Shown here piece by piece: positions 33,379 through 45,655 of a DNA stretch of 64,000 nucleotides. The position numbers and the translations under genes are program-made. The stretch's first letter is position 1. Each line of letters opens with the position of its first letter. The notes beneath the pieces were generated by a model. That model did no database searches, was not told the DNA's origin, and was given only the letters and a program-made list of their open reading frames with translations. The stretch lies in contig NW_024704771.1 of assembly GCF_018977255.1 (NCBI RefSeq), forward strand, positions 2,046,001 through 2,110,000, in the 5' to 3' direction. This stretch comes from Callorhinchus milii (taxonomy: Eukaryota).

Positions 33379-36300
33379 ATGAGCTGGAAACACTGTATTC
33401 AGGTCCTATGGTTTGTGCTTCCCCTCTCACTAGCTGGTAAGGAAACACATTGAATCTCTTTGATTTCTGTTGGTGTTAAATTGCTGAAGGTAAATGGAGA
33501 ACCTTTCCAATCTGGTTTCTGCCCATGGTACAGGGTCACAGTTACAAATGACATTCTGTCTTTATGCGACCAGGACTCTCTATGTCTCCTCATCTTTCTT
33601 GATCTCTCCGTTGCCTTTCACACTGCTGACCACTCTATTCTTCTCCACTTCCTCTCCTGTCAGCTCCACCTTCATGACCTTGCCTGGTTCTGTTCTTACC
33701 TTTCCCATCATCTTCACTTTCACCAGTACAGAACCTTGGTTACCTGCGTCACCCTCAACTGTCTTTTATCATCCCACATTATCCATTCTGTCTTCCCCGC
33801 CTCCGCATTATTGCCCGGATCCATCACTATCTCTCTCCTCAGGCTGCTGAAACCTTCATCCATGCTTTCATTAGTCAAAAAAAATTCAGACACTCAATTC
33901 ATGACTAATTGTGGACAATGCTTTGCACACACTTGCCGTCTTTCGCCCACAAAATATACATTCACAGCGCTTTGCAGTATATCTTCTGAAGCTCTTTGAT
34001 ACATCTCTGCAACATGATAATCATAGAATCATCATAGAATTATACAGCCCAGAAGGTGGCTATTCGGCCCATCGTGTCTGTGTCGACTCTTTAAAAAGAG
34101 CTGTCCAAATCAACCCTACTCCCCTGCGCTCTCCCCATAGCCCTGCAAACTTGTCCTCTCCAAATAATTATCTATAAGGTGCCATTTTGAATGCAAGGAT
34201 TATTGATATCTCAGTGAGTGTCTATTGGCAGAGTTTGTCTGAGTCAGTGTGACTGAAAATCCTAACTGTATCCGTTGTTTGTTATTGAACAGAGAGATTC
34301 ACAGTCAGTGGCCCGGCCCTCCCTGTCCCAGCCATTGCTGGTTCGGATGTTGTCCTGGACTGTAAGTGTTCCACAGACCTGCCACGAGAGGGTGTGGAGG
34401 TGAGATGGTTCAGGACAAGGTATGAATCCCCTGTGTACTTATATAGTGAGGGACGTGATCACCTGGGGAAACAGGATGAAGCCTACAGACACAGAACAAT
34501 ACTGTTTGTAGAGGAGTTTATCAATGGCAATGTGTCTCTCAGACTGGAAGATGTGCGGGTGTCAGATAACGGAGAATACACGTGTTTGGTTAGCTACGCC
34601 AGATGGCATGAAGAGGCACTGATAGAGTTGAAAGTTATAGGTCAGTAATGTTTACAACTAATTTTATTTCATGTAAGCTGTGTGTACAAACATTATTTGT
34701 TAATGTTATGTTCAAAATACAATACTTTATATAAACAAGATATATTATATATTCTTTTGTGTAAATTCATTCAGACTGTTACAAACATACCTTCAGTAAA
34801 GTTACTGTAATGTCCCTGGTATAAATATTGTCTGATTCACATTTCCTTTTTCTTCCAGGCCTTGGCAGTCAGCCTTGGATTCATGTTGATGGGCAGCACA
34901 GTGATGGTGTGAGGCTGCTGTGTGTATCCAGTGGATGGTTCCCAGCACCAGAGGTTCTGTGGTTTGATGATCAGGGAAATAACTTAACAATACTTAGTCA
35001 CTGGACGGTTAGAGAGGATTCTAAAGGTCTCTTCTTTGTTAAAAGCCAAATAGAAATAATCCATTCAACCAACAAGATCAGGTGTCTGATTCATAGTTCA
35101 GAAAATGAACAAGAAGGAAAACTCCAAATCTCAGGTCAGTAAATTCACTGAATTGTTAATGATAATCTGATAAATATCTTGCAGCTTGTAAAACACATGA
35201 AGTGAAAACTAGATCAGTCTGGTGATACAGTCCATCTGATTTCATCCTTTCAAAATACCAAACTTCAACAATCTTCAACATCAACAACAAATTATATTTG
35301 TGAAATGCCTTTTATGTCGGGAGAACATCCCAATGTCAGAGGCACTATACAAAGGTGCTGGATATGCAAGGTTTTGGACTTGAGCTGGGATTGGGGTCAG
35401 GAGGCATGGAGAGCAGGGTGGTGGGAGTAGGAATGGGACCAAAGGCGAGGTCAAAGAGGTGGGTCTTGAAGGAGACAAGTAACTGCTCAAGATGGAGGGA
35501 CTGTGGAAGGAATTGGGGCAGAAATATGGAGTTAGCAAATTACAGAGATCAGGAGAAGCAGTACCATGGATATGTTTGAAGGCAATGAATCTTCTCATTA
35601 TAAATTGATACCAATTCTGAAATGACCTCAGCACTCCAGCTCACCCACCTTTCCTGCTAACCTATTCAAGCTGCTGATTACCTTGTGAATGAATCAATAC
35701 TTCGTAACTCACAGCCACCATTGCTTCAGAAAAGGCAAATGTTGCCTGATCCACCTCACAGTGAAGGGAAGACTCCAAATTAAGAGCTGAGAAGCTGCAG
35801 GACAGCAACAACAAATTACATTTTTAAAGCGCCTTTCACATTGGGAGGACATCAGGGAATTGGACCTGGGCTGGGGAATAGGACACAGTTACAGGACATC
35901 CACACAGAGGTAGCAGGACACATGTTCAGCATTCTGAAGATTGAGTTTAAGAACAGACATATACATTTTGGTCACCTTCTGATTATTTGCTTCTATTTAT
36001 TGTTTCCATTAATTTTCCACTCACTTATGTTCATGAGTTGCCAGGTATGGCTCTGTTATTACTGTTATGTTGGGCAGCACCTTCCAGTTTGATTACCACC
36101 AAAATGTGATCATTTAATACATTCGCTGTCTTATTTGTTCCAATGTGCTTTACACTTCTCTTTGGAGTCTCCAATTTGTTTTACTTGACAATAAATGTAA
36201 GAGGTTCCTCCAGAAATCACATTTGTAAACTGAAATAAAATAGACATTAGGAATGATTTCCTTTCCTCTGGCATGGCAATTCTATTTCAGAAATATTGCC

Positions 36301-39300
36301 GTTTACCCTCGTCTCAATAAACTTTCATGAACTCCTCACAATCTCTCTAGCTGATACCCCATTTTCTACCTGCCTTCCTTTGCAAGGTGCTGGGATGCAT
36401 TGTAGCTTCAAAGCCCCATTCCTTACTCTCCCATCATGTAAAGGTTTCTCCAAACTGGCTTCCTCCCTCCTAACAGCACCAAAACAGCCCTGGTCAAATT
36501 CACAGATGATGTTCTCTCTGTCTGTGACCAGGCTCCTCCCTGTGTCTCCTTGTCCTTCTCTATCTCTCACACTATTGACCACTTCTCCATGATTCACCTC
36601 ACAGCCTCTGAACTTTGCTGGTTTCATTCCTGTCTGTCTCAGCATCTCCACTTTATCTTACCAATGGCTTCACATCCTGCCCAGTATATTCACAGATGGT
36701 GTTCCTCAGAGCTCTATCTTTGTTCCTCCTTTTCCTTGTCCACATGTTCACCCTTGGAGTCTGGGTCTCAGGGACTGGGCTAACGAGACGGCCACAAAGA
36801 ATGGATTTTATTCTGACATTCCCTTACCAACCACAACACTTTGGTGCCACTTCAGCTCCAAGACCCCACTTCTCCCCCCAGTAAAAGTACATAATAATAA
36901 TAATAATCCTTGTATTTAATATAGAGCGTTATCACATCTTGAGGTGTCTCAAAGTGCTTCACAGAATATACTGTAAAGTAAATTGACTGTATATTTTGTG
37001 GGAGATACGTGGCAGCCAATTGAACACTGCAGCGTCCCACAAACAGCTGTGGGTTGAGTGACCAAATTATTATTATTATATTGTATTTTTCGATGGCATT
37101 ATTAGCCCCGGAAACCGATCTGCCAATCGACAAACAAGCAGATTCGTACTTACTGCTAGGTAAACAGAATCATGTGGAGTAAGGAAACTTGTCTAATGTT
37201 TCTCCCTGCACAGGAATTGAACCCTGGTCTTCTCGCATGCGAGGCGAGCACTCGATCCAATACACTACCAGGACTTTGAGTGAAGCCTGTGACAGCTACT
37301 GAGCTATTGTGTGTAATGCAGTCACTTGAGGGTAAATAAAGATATTTGTTGTTTGATATGAGAATAGATGTTTAAATGTCTATTTACATTTCTTGACAGA
37401 CGAGTTCTTTCCCAAAGTGCCAGTGGGTTTGGTGGTTTCCTCACTGCTCTTAGGACTTGCCATAATGATGCTGAGTGTTCTTGTCGGCTACAGTGTAAAA
37501 CAACACCGAGAGATCAAAGGTACGTTCCCATCAGTAACATCTCTCATCACAACACTGTTACTGTATGAATGTGTAAGTTCTATAAAACAATTGGTCTCTC
37601 CCTTCACTCAGCGACCCCGGTCTGTTTCATGCCACTGCCTGATCCTCCCCACCATCAGCAGGTCAGGCTTTCAGCCTCTCTGCCGCCACTCTCTGCAATT
37701 CAAGCCAAGAATCCTTCCGACTCGGCCCCTCCCTGCCTCCTTTCAAGGCCTGTATCATGACCTACATCATCCTGCGTTTTCAGTTCATTTTCCCCCTCTT
37801 CCACCCCACCCCGGCCCCCACCCCCAGCTCAGACCCCAGCATTGTCAGTGCTTTGGGATGTCCCCCGCTGTGGAAGGTGCTGTGTAAATGTAAATTTTAT
37901 TGCCCTTCAAACCTCCTGTGATTGTGTTGAGCTGCACTTTGTGTAGTTTCTAACTGTCAATGTTGTAAACATGTAGACTGACCATTAAATAATACTAAAT
38001 TCAGGATCGGTTTCTAACAGTTCTGTTTTGTATTCTCTAGATCTTGAGAAGAGAGTGGGTAAGTTATCAAAATAAAAACCTTATGTTGTAATTAACCTCA
38101 TTCACAAGCTTGATGCAAAGCAGACATAGTTTGCCAACAAAATACTAAGTCACTATACTCTCCAGTAAATCCTGTGAAGTGCTTATGAGGAATCAAATAC
38201 AAGGTTAATATAAGACAACAATGTGCACTTAAATAGTGCCCTCCACACAGTGTAGCGGCTCAGAGTGCTTAACAGTGGCAGAGACCGACTCCGAGATGGG
38301 GGTTGGTGGGGGGGGAGAAGGTGACCATAAGCATGGTCGAAAAGGAAGGTTTTCAGGTGGAGAGAGGGGGGCAAGGTGGAAGGATTGAGAGAGAATGTTC
38401 CAGAGTTTCGGGGCATAGTGGCTGATTACACGATTTCCAATGGTGGAACGGAGGCAGTAGACAGATAGATAGACAGGTATATGACGGATAGAGGTTTGAA
38501 GGGGTATAGAGATATGACAAGTGCAGCTGTTGTATGAACACCTTGCTCTGAGAGCCCATATAGACTCGATGGTGAATGGCCTACTTCTGGGTTGTAAATT
38601 TCAATGAATCTATTCCATGAATTATTACAGGCTGTTTAATTCGATCCACTGGTCTATTTCACATCTTTAACTTTCCCTTTTCTCAGACAGCATTGGCTTG
38701 TGAATACACACACATTTAGGGGGAGAGAGAATAAGTGAGGTTCAATGAGGGAGGATGGGGGGGGGTGCACGGGGAGGAATAGATAGAGGAAAGTAGAGAG
38801 AGAGGGAGGACATGAGAGAATGAGAGAGGGTTGGATTGATAGGAGAGCGGGAGTGAGAGAGGGCGGGCGGGCCCGGGGACCGGCGGGCCAGGGGGCGGGA
38901 GGCAGTGTGATTAGGTTAGAAGCTGCCAAAGGTCTGATCACTTCTTCCTTCTTGGTTCCAGGATTGAAAAGGATTTGCAAGTGTGCAGGTAAGAGTCTGA
39001 GTGACCAAACAACCAACATCCAACACACTGACTCCTTCTCCCTCCAAATACACTCACATCCCCCAACACACCATCACTGATATTCTCCACACACATTTCC
39101 CACCCGCCCACACATCCTCACACCCCCCCCACTCACACACCCCCATACACACAACTTGGACATTCCCCCATACACACACCCTCACATCCGCTTCCACACA
39201 CACCCTCACATCTCGCACACATCCGTGGCCCTACTCCCATCCCCACACAGAACCATCACAGCCCATCCTCCGCAAATGTACACATAGCCCACACACACAA

Positions 39301-42300
39301 AACCTCACACCACCCCCATACGCCCAACAACACATACATCCTCACACCCCACACACACCCACACAATCCCCTTGCATCCCCAGACACACACTGACACACA
39401 TCCTCATGCCCACCAACAAACACATCCTCTCACATGCCTCACATCCACACACACACTTCCCCTCACACCCTCACATCCCCCCTCACTTAAATACACTCAC
39501 ATCCCACCCCCACACCCACCCTCACCTCCCGCCCACACCCACCCTCACCTCCCCCCACCCTCACCTCCCCACCCTCACCTCCCCCCCCTCACCTCCCCAC
39601 CCTCACCTCCCCACCCTCACCTCCCCACCCTCACACCCACCCTCCCCCCCACACCCACCCTCACCTCCCCCCCACAACCACCCTCACCTCCCCCCCCACA
39701 CCCACCCTCACCTCCCCCCCACACCCACCCTCACCTCCCCCCACACACACCCTTACCTCCCACCACCACCAATCACAGTCTCACATCCCACACACCCGCA
39801 TACACAACCCCTCATACACTCACCCTCATATCCCGCTACACACACTACCACCCCCCCCACACAAACCCTCACACACACCCCAAAACATCAAATCCCCTCA
39901 CACATGCACAGCTTTATATCGCCCCATACACCTTGACATCACCCCCCACACACAGCCTCACATCCCCTCCACATGCGCTGACATGCCCACCCTACACACA
40001 CCCTCACATACTCCCCCCACACATACCTTTGCATTACCCCACACATCCTCACATACCACCCCTCACATACCTCCAAACAGACATCTTCACATCACATCCC
40101 TACACACCGTCACATCACCCCCAACACATAATGTCGCATAGCCCCCATTCACCCTCACATCACCCCCGCCGTACAAACCATCCATCGCTCCCCCACCCAC
40201 ACACACATTCACATCTCCCACACACATACCCCACAAACACCCTAACATTCCCCTGCCACATACACACCCTCATGTCCTCCACCCCCACATGCTCTCACAT
40301 ACACCCCCCACACACCCTTACGTCACCTCCAAAAACCCCCTCACATCTCCCCCCACACACACACACCCTCACAGAACCCCACACATTGGAGCAGTGAGGC
40401 AAGGCCAGAGTGAGAAGGAATTGGGTGATAGTGGGAATTAGGTGCAGAGGGGGAAGAATATCTTCTAAACAACAATAATACAGGGATAAATAGAGTGAGA
40501 GGAGAGAATGACCTGGCAGGTGATGTGTGAGGAATGTGGTATGTGGGAGTTGATGGAGGACAACCTGAGCCCGGGCGACTTCATCTGCAACAAATGTCTG
40601 CAACTGAGGAAGCTCCAGCTTAGAATAGCTGAGCTGGAGTCTCTGGTGGAGACAGTGCGCAGCATTAGAGATGGGGAGAGCTTCCTGGACAGTTTCATCC
40701 TGGAGCCAGACACTCCCACGAGTCCCAGGGAACATCCCGTTGCCAACCACAGACAGGACTGGGTGACGGTCAGACAGGCGCGTAAGAGGACCTGAAAGAG
40801 AGGGACAGAGGAACCCCAGGCTTTAATCTTGTCCAAAAGGTATGAAATACTTGCAACCTATGTGGACAAGGAAGTCTGTGAGGAAGATGGGCAAACTTAC
40901 CCCAACACCTCTATACAGGAGGCCACACTGGGAATAGTTAGAAGAAATATAGTGGTAATTGGGGATAAGACAGTCAGGAAGACTGACGCACTTTTCTGCA
41001 GCCGTAGCAGGGAGACAAGAAGTCTCTGTTGCCTTCCTGGGGCCAGGGTGAAGGACATCACTTCTGGGCTGGAGAAAAATTTGAAGCAGGAGGGAGTGGA
41101 TCCAATAGTTATGATTCACATAGGGACCAATGATGTAGGTAGGACAGGTAGGGACGAGTTGAGGAGCAAGTACCGGGAATTGGGAGTTAAGCTAAAGAGT
41201 GGAACTTCAAAGGTATTAATATTGAGATTATTACCTGAGCCGGGGGCAAATTAGTACAGGCAAAAAAAATTAAAGAACTGAATACCTGGCTAAAAGAATG
41301 GTGCGGAGGGCAGGGGTTTCACTTTATAGGCCACTGGCACCAGTATTGGGGGAGACAGGAGCTATTCCAAAGGAATGGACTCCACCTAAACAGGGCTGGG
41401 ACAAATGTCCTGGCAACATGAATAAATAGGGCGATAGACAGGGCTTTAAACTACTAAGGGGTGGGGGGGGGGGGGTAAATTCAATCACATGTAATCCGTC
41501 ACAATTAAAATTAGGACCGATGAAAGTGGGAGAGCAGATTAACCAGGGAGATGAGCAAAGTGTGTCAAGTGGAGAAAGGAAGCCCAGGGATAGGGTATTG
41601 GTGAATAGGACTAATAGCCCGAAGTCAGAATTACAAGCGCTATATCTGAAAGCGCGAAGCATTCGAAACAAGATAGATGAGTTAAATGCACAAATAGAAA
41701 CAAACGGGTACGATCTGGTAGCCATCACCGAGACATGGTTACAGGGAGATCAAGGGTGGGAGCTAAATATTCCAGGGTATGTGGCGTATAGAAAAAAATA
41801 GACAATGTGGTAAACGAGGAGGAGGGGGGTCCTGCTAATAAAGGTTGGGATAAAAACAGTAGAGAGGAAAGATTTTAAATCAGAAAAGCAGGAAGTAGAG
41901 TCAGTATGGGTAGAGGTACATAACAACAAGGGGCAGAAAACTCTAGTGGGAGTAGTTTATAGATCCCCAAACAGAAGTCACAGTATCACTCAAGGTATAG
42001 ATCAGGAAATTAGCAGAGGATGTAACAAAGGAAAAACATTAATTGTGGGTGATTTTAATCTGCACATAGATTGGGTTAACCAAATTGGGAAACGTATGAT
42101 AGAGGAAGAGTTTATAGAATGTATTAGGGATAATTATCTAGATCAGTATGCCGAGGAGCCAACCAGGGAACAGGCCATATTAGACCTTGTTTTGTGCAAT
42201 GAAGCAGAGCTGATCAGCAAACTGGAAATTAAGGCTCCTCTAGGGCAAAGTGATCATAATATGATGGAATTTAGCATTAAGTTAAAGAGAGAAGTAGTTA

Positions 42301-45300
42301 AGTCCAAAGCAAAGGTTTTAAATTTAAGTAGAGCCAATTTTGCTGGTATGAGAGAGGATTTAGCCAAAATAAACTGGGAAATTAGACTTAAGGATTTCAC
42401 AGTAGACCAGCATTTGCAGATGGTTAAGGGGTTAGTGCAAAATTCCCAGCGAGCACGTATTCCTTTGAGGAATAAGAATGCCACAGGAAAGGTGGCCCAA
42501 CTGTGGATAACTAGAGCAGTTAGGGAAACTATAAAGTTAAAGGAAGAAGCCTATAAAACAGCTAAGATGAGTAGTAAACCCGAGGATTGGGAGAACTTTA
42601 GGGATCAACAAAGGAGAACCAAAAAAGTGATTAAGAGGGAGAAAATGGAATATGAGGGTAAACTCACGAAGAACATAAAGACAGACTGTAAGAGTTTTTA
42701 TAAATATATAAAGAGGAAGAGGCTGTCAAAGGTAAATGTGGGTCCACTACAGGCAGAGACGTGGGGAATTATAGTAGGGGACAAAGACATGGCAGAGTCA
42801 TTAAACAAGTACTTTGCTACTGTCTTCACCTTAGAAGACACTGAAAACCTACCAAGAATAGAGGGGAACCAAGAAGACAATGTTAGCGAGCAACTTGGGG
42901 AATTAATATTAGTAAAGAAATGGTTTTAGGTAAATTGTCAGGTCTTAAAACTGATAAATCTCCTGGACCTGATGGCCTACATCCTAGGGTTTTAAAAGAG
43001 GTGGCTACTGAGATAGTGGATGGCTTGTCTTTGATCTTCCAAAATTCTCTGGATTCTGGAACGGTTCCCATTGATTGGAAGATTGCAAACGTAACACCAC
43101 TATTTAAGAAGGGTGGGAGAGAAAAGATGGGGAACTATAGACCAGTTAGTCTGACATCAGTGGTAGGGAAAATTCTTGAGTCCTTAATTAAGGATGTCGT
43201 TATGGGATTCCTGGAAGACCATAACAAGATTAGGCAGAGTCAACATGGCTTTACAAAAGGGAAGTCATGCTTAACTAATCTTTTAGAATTTTTTGAAGAT
43301 GTATCTAGCAGGTTAGATAGGGGGGAACCAGTAGATGTAGTATATTTAGATTTTAAAAAGGCATTTGACAAAGTGCCACACAAAAGGCTATTGCACAAGG
43401 TTAAGGCCCACAGGATTAATGGGAACATATTAGCATGGATTGAAGAGTGGCTAACGGGTAGAAAACAGAGAGTAGGGATAAACGGGTCATTCTCGAATTG
43501 GCAGGATGTGACTAGTGGAGTGCCACAAGGATCAGTGCTTGGGCCTCAGCTATTTACAATTTACATCAATGATCTGGACGAGGACATTGAATGTAACGTA
43601 TCTAAATTTGCGGATGACACTAAAGTAGGTGGGAGAGTAAGATCTGAGGATGATGCAAAAAGATTGCAACGGGATATAGAGAGGGGAGTGGGCGAGTAGG
43701 TGGCAGATGGAATTTAATGTGGGGAAGTGTGAAGTTATTCACCTCATTAGCAAAAATAGAAAAACAGATTATTTTCTAGAGGGGGAGAGATTAGATAGTG
43801 TTAGTGTTCAGAGGGATTTGGGTGTCCTTGTACACCAGTCTCAAAAAGTTAGTTTGCAGGTGCAGCAAGCAACTAAGAAGGCGAACGGCATGTTAGCGTT
43901 CATTGCAAAAGGTTTAGAGTACAAGAGTAGGGAAGTCTTGCTGCAACTGTATAGGGCCTTGGTGAGACCGCACCTAGAGTATTGTGTGCAGTTTTGGTCT
44001 CCTTATTTAAAAAAGGACATACTTGCCCTAGAGGGGGTGCAGCGTAGATTCACCAGGTTAGTTCCTGGGATGAGGGGACTGACCTATGAGGATAGGCTGA
44101 ATAAACGAGGGCTGTATTCTCTGGAGTACAGAAGAGTTAGGGGAGATCTTATTGAAACATAAGATTCTTAAAGGGCTGATAGACACTGAGGGTCTGTTTC
44201 TCCTGGTAGCAGAATCTATAACCAGGGGTCACAGTCTTAAAATTAAGGGTCAGCCTTTTAGAACAGAGTTGAGGAAACATTTCTTCACTCAGAGGGTAGT
44301 GAATTTATGGAATTCACTACCCCAGAAGGCTGTAGATGCTCAGTCCTTGAACATCTTCAAGGCTGAGACTGATAGATTTTTTAAAAAACAGATGCATTAG
44401 GGGATATGGGGATAGAGCAGGTCATTTGAGTTAGGTCTGAAGATCAGCCATGATCTTATCAAATGGCGGGGCAGACTCGAGGGGCCAAATGGCCTACTCC
44501 TGCTCCTAATTCTGATGTTCTTATGCCCTCACATCGCCGCTCCCACACACACACACCCTCACAACTCCCCCCCACACATACACTCTCACATCCCCCCCCC
44601 AAACAGTCACTCACCCCCACCACTCACCCTCACAGTCCCATGCACCTTCACATTGCCCCTACACCCTCATATCCAGACCCGCACACCCGCAGATCACCAC
44701 CCTCACACACTCACACATTCCACCCCCCCCACACACACCCTCACATCCCCCACCACACAAACCCTCACATTCCCACCACCCATACATTCCCATCCCCCTC
44801 ACACATCCCCACAGACACACCTTCACATCACCCTTTCCACACACACCATCTCATCCACCCACACACAGCCTCACCCACACGCTCAAGTTTCCACCCCCCA
44901 TATACCTTCACATCCCAAACACTCCCATCTCCTACTCCTCACATCTCCGCAATACACACACTCACTTCCACCTCCCACACACACACTCACTTCCACCTCC
45001 CCACCTCACACAGATTTTATGCTGGATTCTGTTCACAGGACATGTCGATGCTTACACAAAGGCTTCTCTCCCGGTGACGACGCTGAAGATCAACTTATTC
45101 ATAATTGTAAATGTATCTGACATTAATGGTCTGATTCTCTCTCCAGTTACAGTCACTCTGGATCCTGACACAGCCCATCCCCGACTCATCCTGTCTGAGG
45201 ACAGGACCAGTGTGAGATACGGAGACGAACAGCAGCCGCTCCCTGACTCTCCAAAGAGGTTTAGTAAATCTCTCATTGTCCTGGGATCTGAGGGCTTCAC

Positions 45301-45655
45301 ATCAGGGAGACATTACTGGGAGGTACAAGGGGGTAACAAGAGGTGGATTGTGGGATTGGCCACAGAGTCTGTCAACAGGAAACAACCAATCAGATGGTCA
45401 CCAGAGAGTGGGTTCTGGGGGGTGTGGCTGAGGGCTGGGGTCTATGAGGCTCTGACGTCACCCCCCACCCCCCTGCCCCTGATAGTGGGACCCGAGAAGT
45501 TTGGAGTTTACCTGGACTATGAGGGGGGACAGGTGTCATTTTACAATGCTGACAACATGGCTCATCTCCACACTTTCACCCAAACTTTCACTGAGAAACT
45601 TTATCCTCTGTTCAGTCCCATGTTTGATTCTGAGCCTCTGACAATCTGCCGGTGA
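33379..45655 (+). CDS. Butyrophilin-like gene 1 (SP-IgV-IgC-TM-mini-exons-B30.2), 451 aa; exons 33379-33436, 34293-34640, 34859-35134, 37400-37519, 38041-38058, 38962-38988, 45147-45655
   Basis: All junctions are GT-AG and phase 1; signal peptide [19 protein letters not shown]; 348-nt IgV (C...WFR...DNGEYTC); IgC ([16 protein letters not shown]); TM; 18-nt and 27-nt cytoplasmic exons; B30.2. The CDS sums to 1356 nt with no internal stop. Confidence 0.92.
36892..37275 (-). mobile_element. Full-length family A SINE in a BTN gene 1 intron
   Basis: Reverse-complement tail, body and head. Confidence 0.8.
39030..45015. repeat. CA/C-rich low-complexity tract (39030-40385 and 44525-45015) split by the CR1 insertion
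   Basis: Irregular cacaccctcacatcccc and ccctcacctcccc units on both sides of the CR1. Confidence 0.85.
40390..44525 (+). mobile_element. Near-full-length degenerate CR1 LINE (ORF1 zinc finger + SGNH esterase-like; ORF2 APE-RT) in the last intron of BTN gene 1
   Basis: ORF1 CEECGMWE...[41 protein letters not shown]; ORF2 [50 protein letters not shown]-region, [12 protein letters not shown]; split by stops and frameshifts. Confidence 0.93.

Noticed and set aside
40508-44400. CR1 as a potentially active or domesticated element (esterase ORF1)
   Set aside because: Both ORFs have several stops and frameshifts and the GDS serine reads GDK; an ordinary decayed copy.
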